A stretch of 64,000 nt of DNA from Eledone cirrhosa (Eukaryota): positions 10,416,001 through 10,480,000 of the forward strand of contig OZ024744.1 of the NCBI GenBank assembly GCA_964016885.1, given 5' to 3'. A model generated the notes under the pieces. The model ran no database searches, was not told the DNA's origin, and was given only the letters and a program-made list of their open reading frames with translations. This document shows positions 14,201-29,500 of this stretch, piece by piece (the stretch's first letter is position 1; the number at the start of each line of letters is the position of its first letter). Position numbers and translations under genes: made by a program.

Positions 14201-17200
14201 ACATGTTGTGTTGTTGTACTCCAATATGTAGTGTTGTTGTAATCCAATATGTTGTGTTGTTGTAATCCAATAACTTGTGTTGTTATACTCCAATATGTTG
14301 TGTTGTTGTAATCCAATATGTTGTGTTGTTGTTCTCCAATATGTTATGTTGTTATACTCCAATATGTTGTGTTGTGATATTCCAATATGTTGTGCTGTTG
14401 TACTCCAATATTTTGAGTTGTTATACTCCAATATGTAGTGTTGTTATACGCCAATATGTTGTGTTGTTGTACTCCAATCTGTTGTGTTATACTCCAATAT
14501 GTTGTGTTGTTATACTCCAATATGTTGTGTTGTTATACTCCAATATGTTGTGTTGTTTTACTCCAATATGTTGTGCTGTTGAACTCCAATATGTTGTATT
14601 GTTGATCTCCAATATGTCATGTTATACTCCAATAAGTTGTGTTCTTTTACTCCAATATGTTTTGTTGTTGTACTCCAATATGTTGTGTTGTTGTACTCCA
14701 ATATATCATGTTGTCGTACTCCAATATGTCGTTGTTATACTCCAATATGTCATGTTGTTGTACTACAATATGTCGTGTTGTTGTACTCCAATATGTTTTG
14801 ATGCTGTACTCCAATATGTTGTGTTGTTGTACTCCAATATGTTGTGTTGTTATACTCCAATATGTTGTGCTGTTGTACTCCAATATGTCATGTTGTCCTC
14901 CGATATTTCGTGTTATTGTACTCCAATATTTCGTGTTGTTGTACTCCAATATGTTGTGTTTTTGTACTCCAATATGTTTTGATGTTGTACTCCAATATGT
15001 TGTGTTGTTGTACTCCAATATGTTGTGTTGTTATACTCCAATATGCTGTGTTGTTATACTCCTATATGTTGTGCTGTTGTACTCCAATATGTTGTGTTGT
15101 ACTCCAATATGTTGTTTTGTTATACTCCAATATGTTGTGTTGTTGTACTCCAATATGTTGTGTTGTTGTACTCCAATATATGATGTTGTTGTACTCCAAT
15201 ATGTCGTGATGTTGTACTCCAATATGTTGTGTTGTTATACTCCAATATTTCGTGTTGTTTTACTCCAATATGTCATGTTGTTGTACTCCAATATTTCGTG
15301 TTGCTGTACTCCAATATGTCATGGTGTTGTACTTCAATATGTCGTATTGTTGTACTCCAATATGTTGTGTTGTTGTTCTCCAATATGTCGTGTTGTTATA
15401 CTCCAATATGTTATGATGTTGGACTCCAATATATTGTGTTGTTGTACTCCAATATGTTGTGTTTTTGTAATCCAATATGTAATGTTGTTATACTCCAATA
15501 TGTCTTGTTATAGTCCAATATGTCGTGTTGTTGTACTCCAATATGTCATGTTGTTGTACTCCAATATTTCGTGTTGTTGTACCCCAATATGTCGTGTTGA
15601 TTATACTCCAATTTTTGTTGCTGTTGTACTCCAATATGTTGTGTTTTTGTACTCCAATATGTTGTGTTGTTATTCTCCAATATGTTGTGCTGTTGTACTC
15701 CAATGTGTTATGTTGTTATACTCCAATATGTTGTGCTGTGATACTCCAATATGTTGTGTTGTTGTACTCCAATCTGTTGTGTTGTTATACTCCAATATGT
15801 TGTGTTGTTATACTCCAATATGTTGTGTTGTTTTACTCCAATATGTTTTGTTGTTGTACTCCAATATGTTGTGTTGTTGTACTCCAATATGTTGTGTTGT
15901 TGTAATCCAATATCTTGTGTTGTTGTAATCCAATAACTTGTGTTGTTATACTCCAATATGTTGTGTTGTTGTACTCCAATATGTTGTGTTGTTGTTCTCC
16001 AATATGTCGTGTTGTTATACTCCAATATGTTGTGTTATGATACTCCAATATGTTGTGCTGTTGTACTCCAATATGTTGTGTTGTTATACTCCAATATGTA
16101 GTTTTGTTATACTCCAATATGTTTTGTTGTTGTACTCCAATCTGTTGTGTTGTTATACTCCAATATGTTGTGTTGTTATACTCCAATATGTTGTGTTGTT
16201 TTACTCCAATATGTTGTGTTGTTGTACTCCAATATGTTGTGTTGTTGTACTCCAATATATCATGTTGTCGTACTCCAATATGTCATGTTATACTCCAATA
16301 TGTCGTTGTTATACTCCAATATGTCATGATGTTGTACTCCAATATGTCGTGTTCTTGTACTCCAATATGTCGTGTTCTTGTACTCCAATATGTTGTGTTG
16401 TTGTACTCCAATATGTTGTGTTGTTGTACTCCAATATGTTGTGTTGTTATACTCCAATATGTTGTGCTGTTGTACTCCAATATTTCGTGTTGTTGTACTC
16501 CAATACATCGTGTTGTACTCCAATATGTTGTGTTGTTGTTGTACTCCAATATGTTTTGATGTTGTACTCCAATGTGTTGTGTTGTTGTACTCCAATATGT
16601 TGTGTAGTCATACTCCAATACGTTGTGTTGTTGTACTCCAATATGATGTGATGTTGTACTCCAATATGATGTGCTGTTGTACTCCAATGCGTTGTGTTGT
16701 TGTACTCCAATGTGTTGTGTTGTTATACTCCAATATGTTGTGTTGTTATACTCCAATATGTTGTGCTGTTGTACTCCAAATCTCGTGTTGTTATACTCCA
16801 ATGTGTTGTGTTGTTATACTCCAATATGGTGTGTTGTTGTACTCCAATATGTTGTATTGTTTTTCTCCAATATGCCATTTTATACTCCAATATGTTGTGT
16901 TCGTGTACTCCAATATGTTGTGTTCGTGTACTCCAATATGTTGTGTTATTGTACTCCAATATGTTGCGTTGTTGTACTCCAATATGTTGTGTTGTTGTAC
17001 TCCTATATGTTGTCTTGTTGTACTCCAAAAGGTCATATTATTGTACTCCAATATGTATTGTTATACTCCAATATGTCGTGTGTCTGTACTCCAATATGTC
17101 ATTTTGTTGTACTCCAATATGTCTTGTTATAGTCCAATATGTCGTGTTGTTGTACTCCAATATGTCATGTAGTTGTACTCCAATATTTCGTGTTGTTGTA

Positions 17201-17530
17201 CCCCAATATGTCGTGTTGTTTATACTCCAATATGTTTTGGTGTTGTACTCCAATATGTTGCGTTGCTATACTCCAATATGTTGTGTTGTTGTACTCCAAT
17301 ATGTTGTGTTGTTGTAATCCAATATCTTGTGTTGTTATACTCCAATATGTTGTGTTGTTATACTCCAATATGTTGTGTTGTGATACTCCAATATGTTGTG
17401 CTGTTGTACTCCAATATGTTGAGTTGTTATACTCCAATATGTAGTGTTGTTATACTCCAATATGTTGTGTTGTTGTACTCCAATCTGTTGTGTTATACTC
17501 CAATATGTTGTGTTGTTATACTCCAATATG
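5250..17530 (+). repeat. Dispersed ~1.8-kb block pair (about 5250-7100 vs 15660-17530), offset about 10435
   Basis: 5503..6216 matches 15938..16651 and 6236..6697 matches 16671..17132. Both blocks carry the rare AAAAGGTCATATTATTG monomer. Confidence 0.87.
13791..13872 (+). repeat. 41-bp (18+23) dimer duplicated in tandem
   Basis: ACTCCAATATGTTGTTGT plus ACTCCAACATGTTGTGTTGTTGT occurs twice in a row; paralogs lie at ~34897 and ~51603. Confidence 0.9.
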
Positions 17531-20500
17531 TTGTGTTGTTATACTCCAATATGTTGTGTTGTTGTACTCCAATATGTTGTATTGTTGATCTCCAATAAGT
17601 TGTGTTCTTGTACTCCAATATATTGTGTTGTTGTACTCCAATATGTTGTGTTTTTGTAATCCAATATGTAATGTTGTTGTACTCCAATATGTCTTGTTAT
17701 ATTCCAATATGTCGTGTTGTTGTACTCCAATATGTCATGTTGTTGTACTCCAATATTTCTTGTTGTTGTACCCCAATATGTCGTGTTGATTATACTCCAA
17801 TTTTTGTTGCTGTTGTACTCCAATATGTTGTGTTGTTGTACTCCAATATGTTGTGTTGTTGTACTCCAATATGTTGTGTTGTTATTCTCCAATATGTTGT
17901 GCTGTTGTACTCCAATGTGTTATGTTGTTATACTCCAATATGTTGTGCTGTGATACTCCAATATGTTGTGTTGTTGTACTCCAATCTGTTGTGTTGTTAT
18001 ACTCCAATATGTTGTGTTGTTATACTCCAATATGTTATGTTGTTTTACTCCAATATGTTGTGTTGTTGTACTCCAATATGTTGTGTTGTTGTACTCCAAT
18101 ATGTTGTGTTGTTGTAATCCAATATGTTGTGTTGTTATACTCCAATATGTTGTGTTGTTGTTCTCCAATATGTCGTGATGTTATACTCCAATATGTTGTG
18201 TTATGATACTCCAATATGTTGTGCTGTTGTACTCCAATATGTTGTGTTGTTATACTGCAATATGTAGTGTTGTTATACTCCAATATGTTGTGTTGTTGTA
18301 CTCCAATCTGTTGTGTTGTTATACTCCAATATGTTGTGTTGTTATACTCCAATATGTAGTGTTGTTATACTCCAATATGTTGTGTTGTTGTACTCCAATC
18401 TGTTGTGTTGTTATACTCCAATATGTTGTGTTGTTATACTCCAATATGTTGTGTTGTTTTACTCCAATATGTTGTGTTGCTGTACTCCAATATGTTGTGT
18501 TGTTGTACTCCAATATGTTGTGCTGCTGTACTCCAATATATTGTGTTATACTCCAATATGTTGTGTTGTTGTACTCCAATATGTTGTGTTGTTGTAATCC
18601 AAAATGTTGTGTTGTTATACTCCAATATGTTGTGTTGTAATACTCCAATATGTTGTGCTCCAATATGTTGTGTTATACTCCAATGTGTTGTGTTCTTGTA
18701 CTCCAATATGAAGTGTTGTAATACTCCAATATGTAGTGCTGTTGTTATACTCCAATATGTTGTGTTATAATCCAATGTGTTGTGTTGTTGTACTCCAATC
18801 TGTTGTGTTGTTATACTCCAATCTGTTGTGTTGTTATACTGCAATATGTTGTGTTGTTATACTCCAATATGTTGTGTTGTTGTACTCCAATATGTTGTGT
18901 TGTTGTAATCCAATATGTTGTGTTGTTATACTCCAATATGTTGTGTTGTTATACTCCAATATGTTGTGTTGTGATACTCCAATATGTTGTGCTGTTGTAC
19001 TCCAATATGTTGAGTTGTTATACTCCAATATGTAGTGTTGTTATACTCCAATATGTTGTGTTGTTGTACTCCAATCTGTTGTGTTATACTCCAATATGTT
19101 GTGTTGTTATACTCCAATATGTTGTGTTGTTATACTCCAATATGTTGTGTTGTTTTACTCCAATATGTTGTGTTGTTGTACTCCAATATGTTGTATTGTT
19201 GATCTCCAATAAGTTGTGTTCTTGTACTCCAATATATTGTGTTGTTGTACTCCAATATGTTGTGTTTTTGCAATCCAATATTTAATGTTGTTGTACTCCA
19301 ATATGTCTTGTTATATTCCAATATGTCGTGTTGTTGTACTCCAATATGTCATGTTGTTGTACTCCAATATTTCTTGTTGTTGTACCCCAATATGTCGTGT
19401 TGATTATACTCCAATTTTTGTTGCTGTTGTACTCCAATATGTTGTGTTGTTGTACTCCAATATGTTGTGTTGTTGTACTCCAATATGTTGTGTTGTTATT
19501 CTCCAATATGTTGTGCTGTTGTACTCCAATGTGTTATGTTGTTATACTCCAATATGTTGTGCTGTGATACTCCAATATGTTGTGTTGTTGTACTCCAATC
19601 TGTTGTGTTGTTATACTCCAATATGTTGTGTTGTTATACTCCAATATGTTATGTTGTTTTACTCCAATATGTTGTGTTGTTGTACTCCAATATGTTGTGT
19701 TGTTGTACTCCAATATGTTGTGTTGTTGTAATCCAATATCTTGTGTTGTTATACTCCAATATGTTGTGTTGTTGTACTCCAATATGTTGTGTTGTTGTTC
19801 TCCAATATGTCGTGTTGTTATACTCCAATATGTTGTGTTATGATACTCCAATATGTTGTGCTGTTGTACTCCAATATGTTGTGTTGTTATACTCCAAGAT
19901 GTAGTGTTGTTATACTCCAATATGTTGTGTTGTTGTACTCCAATATGTTGTGTTGTTATACTCCAATATGTTGTGTTGTTATACTCCAATATGTAGTGTT
20001 GTTATACTCCAATATGTTGTGTTGTTGTACTCCAATCTGTTGTGTTGTTATACTCCAATATGTTGTGTTGTTATACCCCAATATGTTGTGTTGTTTTACT
20101 CCAATATGTTGTGTTGCCATACTCCAATATGTTGTGTTGTTGTACTCCAATATGTTGTGCTGCTGTACTCCAATATATTGTGTTATACTCCAATATGTTG
20201 TGTTGTTGTACTCCAATATGTTGTGTTGTTGTAATCCAAAATGTTGTGTTGTTATACTCCAATATGTTGTGTTGTAAAACTCCAATATGTTGTGCTCCAA
20301 TATGTTGTGTTATACTCCAATGTGTTGTGTTCTTGTACTCCAATATGAAGTGTTGTAATACTCCAATATGTAGTGCTGTTGTTATACTCCAATATGTTGT
20401 GTTATAATCCAATGTGTTGTGTTGTTGTACTCCAATCTGTTGTGTTGTTATACTCCAATCTGTTGTGTTGTTATACTGCAATATGTTGTGTTGTTATACT
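17330..20500 (+). repeat. ~1.6-kb tandem module duplication (about 70 monomers)
   Basis: Offsets 17602/19216 (+1614) and 18405/20042 (+1637). The same +1637 spacing appears at 26318/27955. Confidence 0.88.
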
Positions 20501-23500
20501 CCAATATGTTGTGTTGTTATACTCCAAGATGTTGTGCTGTGATACTCTAATATGTTGTGTTTTTGTACTCCAATATGTTGTGTTGTTGTACTCCAATATG
20601 TTGTGTTGTTATACTCCAAATATGCTGTGCTGTTGTACTCCAATATGTTGTGTTGTACTCCAATATGTTGTGTTGTTGTACTCCAATATATCATGTTGTC
20701 GTACTCCAATATGTCATGTTATACTCCAATATGTCGTTGTTATACTCCAATATGTCATGTTGCTGTACTCCAATATGTCGTGTTGTTGTACTCCAATATG
20801 TTTTGATGTTGTACTCCAATATGTTGTGTTGTTGTACTCCAATATGTTGTGTTGTTATACTCCAATATGTTGTGCTGTTGTACTCCAATATGTCAGGTTG
20901 TTGTACTCCGATATTTCGTGTTGTTCTACTCCAATATTTCATGTTGTTTTACTCCAATATGTCGTGGTGTTGTACTCCACAATGTTGTGTTGTTGTACTC
21001 CAATAGGTTGTGTTGCTGTACTCCAATATGTTGTGTTGTTGTTCTCCAATATGTCGTGTTGTTATACTCCAATATGTTGTGTTATTGTACTCCAATATGT
21101 TGTGTTGTTATACTCCAATATGCTGTGCTGTTGTACTCCAATATGTTATGTTATACTCCAATATGTTGTGTTGTTGTACTCCAATATATCATGTTGTCGT
21201 ACTCCAATATGTCATGTTATACTCCAATATGTCGTTGTTATACTCCAATATGTCGTGTTGCTGTACTCCAATATGCCGCGCTGTTGTACTCCAATATGTT
21301 TTGATGTTGTACTCCAATATGTTGTGTTGTTGTACTCCAATATGTTGTGTTGTTGTACTCCAATATGTTGTGTTGTTATATTCCAATATGTTGTGCTGTT
21401 GTACTCCAATATGTCAGGTTGTTGTACTCCGATATTTCGTGTTGTTCTACTCCAATATTTCGTGTTGTTTTACTCCAATACGTCGTGGTGTTGTACTCCA
21501 ATATGTTTTGATGTTGTACTCCAATATGTCGTGTTGTTGTACTCCAATATGTTGTGTTGTTGAACTCCAATATGCTGTGTTGTTATACTCCTAAATGTTG
21601 TGTTGTTGTACTCCAATATGTTGTGTTGTACTCCAATATGTTGTGTTGTTACACTCCACAATGTTGTGTTGTTGTACTCCAAAATGTGATGTTGTTGTAC
21701 TCCAATATGTCGTATTGTTGTACTCCAATATGTTGTGTTGTTATACTCCAATATTTCGTGTTGTTTTACTCCAATATGTCATGTTGTTGTACTCCAATAT
21801 TTCGTGTTGTTGTACTCCAATATGTCATGGTGTTGTACTTCAATATGTCGTATTGTTGTACTCCAGTATGTTGTGTTGTTGTTCTCCAATATGTCGTGTT
21901 GTTATACTCCAATATGTTATGATGTTGTACTCCAATATATTGTGTTGTTGTACTCCAATATGTTGTGTTGTTATACTCCAATATGTTGTGTTATTTTACT
22001 CCAATATGTTGTGTTGTTGTATTCCAATATGTTGTGTTGTTGTACTCCAATATGTTGTGTTGTTGTACTCCAATATGTTGTGTTGTTGTAATCCAATATC
22101 TTGTGTTGTTGTTCTCCAATATGTTGTGTTGTTATACTCCAATATGTCGTGTTGTGATACTCCAATATGTTGTGCTGTTGTACTCCAATATGTGTTGTTG
22201 TTGTACTCCAATATGTTGCGTTGTTGTACTCCAATATATCATGTTGTCGTACTCCAATATGTCATGTTATACTCCAATATGTTTTGATGCTGTACTCCAA
22301 TATGTTGTGTTGTTGTACTACAATATGTTGTGTTGTTGAACTCCAATATGTTGTTTTTTGTACTCCAATATGTCATGTTGTTGTACTCCAGTATGTCTTG
22401 TTATACTCCAATATGTCGTGTTGCTGTACTCCAATATGTCATGATGTTGTACTCCAATATGTTTTGCTGTTGTACTCCAATATGTTGTGTTGCTGTACTC
22501 CAATATGTTGTGTTGTTGTACTCCAATATGTTGTGTTGTTGTAATCCAATATCTTGTGTTGTTATACTCCAATATGTTGTGTTGTTATACTCCAATATGT
22601 TGTGTTGTGATACTCCAATATGTTGTGCTGTTGTACTCCAATATGTTGAGTTGTTATACTCCAATATGTAGTGTTGTTATACTCCAATATGTTGTGTTGT
22701 TGTACTCCAATCTGTTGTGTTATACTCCAATATGTTGTGTTGTTATACTCCAATATTTTGTGTTGTTATACTCCAATATGTTGTGTTGTTTTACTCCAAT
22801 ATGTTGTGTTGTTGTACTCCAATATGTTATATTGTTGATCTCCAATAAGTTGTGTTCTTGTACTCCAATATATTGTGTTGTTGTACTCCAATATGTTGTG
22901 TTTTTGCAATCCAATATTTAATGTTGTTGTACTCCAATATGTCTTGTTATATTCCAATATGTCGTGTTGTTGTACTCCAATATGTCATGTTGTTGTACTC
23001 CAATATTTCTTGTTGTTGTACCCCAATATGTCGTGTTGATTATACTCCAATTTTTGTTGCTGTTGTACTCCAATATGTTGTGTTGTTGTACTCCAATATG
23101 TTGTGTTGTTGTACTCCAATATGTTGTGTTGTTATTCTCCAATATGTTGTGCTGTTGTACTCCAATGTGTTATGTTGTTATACTCCAATATGTTGTGCTG
23201 TGATACTCCAATATGTTGTGTTGTTGTACTCCAATCTGTTGTGTTGTTATACTCCAATATGTTGTGTTGTTATACTCCAATATGTTATGTTGTTTTACTC
23301 CAATATGTTGTGTTGTTGTACTCCAATATGTTGTGTTGTTGTACTCCAATATGTTGTGTTGTTGTAATCCAATATCTTGTGTTGTTATACTCCAATATCT
23401 TGTGTTGTTGTACTCCAATATGTTGTGTTGTTGTTCTCCAATATGTCGTGTTGTTATACTCCAATATGTTGTGTTATGATACTCCAATATGTTGTGCTGT

Positions 23501-26500
23501 TGTACTCCAATATGTTGTGTTGTTATACTCCAAGATGTAGTGTTGTTATACTCCAATATGTTGTGTTGTTGTACTCCAATATGTTGTGTTGTTATACTCC
23601 AATATGTTGTGTTGTTATACTCCAATATGTTGTGTTGTTATACTCCAATATGTTGTGTTGTTGTACTCCAATCTGTTGTGTTGTTATACTCCAATATGTT
23701 GTGTTGTTATACCCCAATATGTTGTGTTGTTTTACTCCAATATGTTGTGTTGCCATACTCCAATATGTTGTGTTGTTGTACTCCAATATGTTGTGCTGCT
23801 GTACTCCAATATATTGTGTTATACTCCAATATGTTGTGTTGTTGTACTCCAATATGTTGTGTTGTTGTAATCCAAAATGTTGTGTTGTTATACTCCAATA
23901 TGTTGTGTTGTAAAACTCCAATATGTTGTGCTCCAATATGTTGTGTTATACTCCAATGTGTTGTGTTCTTGTACTCCAATATGAAGTGTTGTAATACTCC
24001 AATATGTAGTGCTGTTGTTATACTCCAATATGTTGTGTTATAATCCAATGTGTTGTGTTGTTGTACTCCAATCTGTTGTGTTGTTATACTCCAATCTGTT
24101 GTGTTGTTATACTGCAATATGTTGTGTTGTTATACTCCAATATGTTGTGTTGTTATACTCCAAGATGTTGTGCTGTGATACTCTAATATGTTGTGTTTTT
24201 GTACTCCAATATGTTGTGTTGTTGTACTCCAATATGTTGTGTTGTTGTAATCCAATATATTGTGCTGTTATACTCCAATATGTTGTGTTGTTGTACTCCA
24301 ATATGTTGTGTTGTTATACTCCAATATGTTGTGTTGTGATACTCCAAAGTGTTGTGCTGTTGTACTCCAATATGTTGTGTTGTTTTACTCCAATAGGTTG
24401 CGTTGTTGTACTCCAATCTGTTGTGTTGTTATACTCCAAAATGTTATGTTGTTATACTCCAATATGGTGTGTTGTTTTACTCCAATATGTTGTGTTGTTG
24501 CAATCCAATATGTTTGTGTTGTTTTACTCCAATATGTTGTGTTGTTATACTCAAATATGTTGTGTTGTTGTACTCCAATATGGTGTGTTGTTGTACTCCA
24601 ATATGTTGTGTTGTTGTACTCCAATATGTTGTGTTGTTATACTCCAATATGTTGTGTTGGTGTACTCCAATATGTCGTGCTGTTGAACTCCAAATCTCGT
24701 GTTGTTATACTCCAATTTGTTGTGTTGTTATACTCCAATATGTTGTGTTGTTGTACTCCAATATGTTGTGTTGTTGTACTCCAATATGTTGTGTTGTTGT
24801 ACTCCAATATGTTGTGTTGTTGTACTCCAATATGTCATGTTATACTCCAATATGTCATGTTGTTTTACTCCAATATGTTGTGTTGTTGCACTCCAATATG
24901 TCGTGTTGTTGTACTCCAATATGTTGTGTTGTTGTACTCCAATATGTTGTGTTGTTATACTCCAATATGCTGTGCTGTTGTACTCCAATATGTTGTGTTG
25001 TACTCCAATATGTTGTGTTGTTGTACTCCAATATATCATGTTGTCGTACTCCAATATGTCATGTTATACTCCAATATGTCGTTGTTATACTCCAATATGT
25101 CATGTTGCTGTACTCCAATATGTCGTGTTGTTGTACTCCAATATGTTTTGATGTTGTATTCCAATATGTTGTGTTGTTGTACTCCAATATGTTGTGTTGT
25201 TATACTCCAATATGTTGTGCTGTTGTACTCCAATATGTCAGGTTGTTGTACTCCGATATTTCGTGTTGTTCTACTCCAATATTTCATGTTGTTTTACTCC
25301 AATATGTCGTGGTGTTGTACTCCAATATGTTTTGATGTTGTACTCCAATATGTCGTGTTGTTGTACTCCAATATGTTGTGTTGTTGAACTCCAATATGCT
25401 GTGTTGTTATACTCCTATATGTTGTGTTGTTGTACTCCAATATGTTGTGTTGTACTCCAATATGTTGTGTTGTTATACTCCACAATGTTGTGTTGTTGTA
25501 CTCCAATAGGTTGTGTTGTTGTACTCCAATATGTGATGTTGTTGTACTCCAATATGTCGTATTGTTGTACTCCAATATGTTGTGTTGTTATACTCCAATA
25601 TTTCGTGTTGTTTTACTCCAATATGTCATGTTGTTGTACTCCAATATCTCGTGTTGTTGTACTCCAATATGTCATGGTGTTCTACTTCAATATGTCGTAT
25701 TGTTGTACTCCAATATGTTGTGTTGTTGTTCTCCAATATGTCGTGTTGTTATACTCCAATATGTTATGATGTTGTACTCCAATATATTGTGTTGTTGTAC
25801 TCCAATATGTTGTGCTGTTGTACTCCAATGTGTTATGTTGTTATACTCCAATATGTTGTGCTGTGATACTCCAATATGTTGTGTTGTTGTACTCCAATCT
25901 GTTGTGTTGTTATACTCCAATATGTTGTGTTGTTATACTCCAATATGTTATGTTGTTTTACTCCAATATGTTGTGTTGTTGTACTCCAATATGTTGTGTT
26001 GTTGTACTCCAATATGTTGTGTTGTTGTAATCCAATATGTTGTGTTGTTATACTCCAATATGTTGTGTTGTTGTTCTCCAATATGTCGTGATGTTTTACT
26101 CCAATATGTTGTGTTATGATACTCCAATATGTTGTGCTGTTGTACTCCAATATGTTGTGTTGTTATACTGCAATATGTAGTGTTGTTATACTCCAATATG
26201 TTGTGTTGTTGTACTCCAATCTGTTGTGTTGTTATACTCCAATATGTTGTGTTGTTATACTCCAATATGTAGTGTTGTTATACTCCAATATGTTGTGTTG
26301 TTGTACTCCAATCTGTTGTGTTGTTATACTCCAATATGTTGTGTTGTTATACTCCAATATGTTGTGTTGTTTTACTCCAATATGTTGTGTTGCTGTACTC
26401 CAATATGTTGTGTTGTTGTACTCCAATATGTTGTGCTGCTGTACTCCAATATATTGTGTTATACTCCAATATGTTGTGTTGTTGTACTCCAATATGTTGT

Positions 26501-29500
26501 GTTGTTGTAATCCAAAATGTTGTGTTGTTATACTCCAATATGTTGTGTTGTAATACTCCAATATGTTGTGCTCCAATATGTTGTGTTATACTCCAATGTG
26601 TTGTGTTCTTGTACTCCAATATGAAGTGTTGTAATACTCCAATATGTAGTGCTGTTGTTATACTCCAATATGTTGTGTTATAATCCAATGTGTTGTGTTG
26701 TTGTACTCCAATCTGTTGTGTTGTTATACTCCAATCTGTTGTGTTGTTATACTGCAATATGTTGTGTTGTTATACTCCAATATGTTGTGTTGTTGTACTC
26801 CAATATGTTGTGTTGTTGTAATCCAATATCTTGTGTTGTTATACTCCAATATGTTGTGTTGTTATATTCCAATATGTTGTGTTGTGATACTCCAATATGT
26901 TGTGCTGTTGTACTCCAATATGTTGAGTTGTTATACTCCAATATGTAGTGTTGTTATACTCCAATATGTTGTGTTGTTGTACTCCAATCTGTTGTGTTAT
27001 ACTCCAATATGTTGTGTTGTTATACTCCAATATGTTGTGTTGTTATACTCCAATATGTTGTGTTGTTTTACTCCAATATGTTGTGTTGTTGTACTCCAAT
27101 ATGTTGTATTGTTGATCTCCAATAAGTTGTGTTCTTGTACTCCAATATATTGTGTTGTTGTACTCCAATATGTTGTGTTTTTGCAATCCAATATTTAATG
27201 TTGTTGTACTCCAATATGTCTTGTTATATTCCAATATGTCGTGTTGTTGTACTCCAATATGTCATGTTGTTGTACTCCAATATTTCTTGTTGTTGTACCC
27301 CAATATGTCGTGTTGATTATACTCCAATTTTTGTTGCTGTTGTACTCCAATATGTTGTGTTGTTGTACTCCAATATGTTGTGTTGTTGTACTCCAATATG
27401 TTGTGTTGTTATTCTCCAATATATTGTGCTGTTGTACTCCAATGTGTTATGTTGTTATACTCCAATATGTTGTGCTGTGATACTCCAATATGTTGTGTTG
27501 TTGTACTCCAATCTGTTGTGTTGTTATACTCCAATATGTTGTGTTGTTATACTCCAATATGTTATGTTGTTTTACTCCAATATGTTGTGTTGTTGTACTC
27601 CAATATGTTGTGTTGTTGTACTCCAATATGTTGTGTTGTTGTAATCCAATATCTTGTGTTGTTATACTCCAATATGTTGTGTTGTTGTACTCCAATATGT
27701 TGTGTTGTTGTTCTCCAATATGTCGTGTTGTTATACTCCAATATGTTGTGTTATGATACTCCAATATGTTGTGCTGTTGTACTCCAATATGTTGTGTTGT
27801 TATACTCCAAGATGTAGTGTTGTTATACTCCAATATGTTGTGTTGTTGTACTCCAATATGTTGTGTTGTTATACTCCAATATGTTGTGTTGTTATACTCC
27901 AATATGTAGTGTTGTTATACTCCAATATGTTGTGTTGTTGTACTCCAAACTGTTGTGTTGTTATACTCCAATATGTTGTGTTGTTATACCCCAATATGTT
28001 GTGTTGTTTTACTCCAATATGTTGTGTTGCCATACTCCAATATGTTGTGTTGTTGTACTCCAATATGTTGTGCTGCTGTACTCCAATATATTGTGTTATA
28101 CTCCAATATGTTGTGTTGTTGTACTCCAATATGTTGTGTTGTTGTAATCCAAAATGTTGTGTTGTTATACTCCAATATGTTGTGTTGTAAAACTCCAATA
28201 TGTTGTGCTCCAATATGTTGTGTTATACTCCAATGTGTTGTGTTCTTGTACTCCAATATGAAGTGTTGTAATACTCCAATATGTAGTGCTGTTGTTATAC
28301 TCCAATATGTTGTGTTATAATCCAATGTGTTGTGTTGTTGTACTCCAATCTGTTGTGTTGTTATACTCCAATCTGTTGTGTTGTTATACTGCAATATGTT
28401 GTGTTGTTATACTCCAATATGTTGTGTTGTTATACTCCAAGATGTTGTGCTGTGATACTCTAATATGTTGTGTTTTTGTACTCCAATATGTTGTGTTGTT
28501 GTACTCCAATATGTTGTGTTGTTATACTCCAATATGCTGTGCTGTTGTACTCCAATATGTTGTGTTGTACTCCAATATGTTGTGTTGTTGTACTCCAGTA
28601 TATCATGTTGTCGTACTCCAATATGTCATGTTATACTCCAATATGTCGTTGTTATACTCCAATATGTCATGTTGCTGTACTCCAATATGTCGTGTTGTTG
28701 TACTCCAATATGTTTTGATGTTGTACTCCAATATGTTGTGTTGTTGTACTCCAATATGTTGTGTTGTTATACTCCAATATGTTGTGCTGTTGTACTCCAA
28801 TATGTCAGGTTGTTGTACTCCGATATTTCGTGTTGTTCTACTCCAATATTTCATGTTGTTTTACTCCAATATGTCGTGGTGTTGTACTCCAATATGTTTT
28901 GATGTTGTACTCCAATATGTCGTGTTGTTGTGCTCCAATATGTTGTGTTGTTGAATCCAATATGCTGTGTTGTTATACTCCTATATGTTGTGTTGTTGTA
29001 CTCCAATATGTTGTGTTGTACTCCAATATGTTGTGTTGTTATACTCCACAATGTTGTGTTGTTGTACTCCAATAGGTTGTGTTGCTGTACTCCAATATGT
29101 TGTGTTGTTGTTCTCCAATATGTCGTGTTGTTATACTCCAATATGTTGTGTTATTGTACTCCAATATGTTGTGTTGTTATAATCCAATATGCTGTGCTGT
29201 TGTACTCCAATATGTTATGTTATACTCCAATATGTTGTGTTGTTGTACTCCAATATATCATGTTGTCGTACTCCAATATGTCATGTTATACTCCAATATG
29301 TCGTTGTTATACTCCAATATGTCGTGTTGCTGTACTCCAATATGCCGCGCTGTTGTACTCCAATATGTTTTGATGTTGTACTCCAATATGTTGTGTTGTT
29401 GTACTCCAATATGTTGTGTTGTTGTACTCCAATATGTTGTGTTGTTATACTCCAATATGTTGTGCTGTTGTACTCCAATATGTCAGGTTGTTGTACTCCG

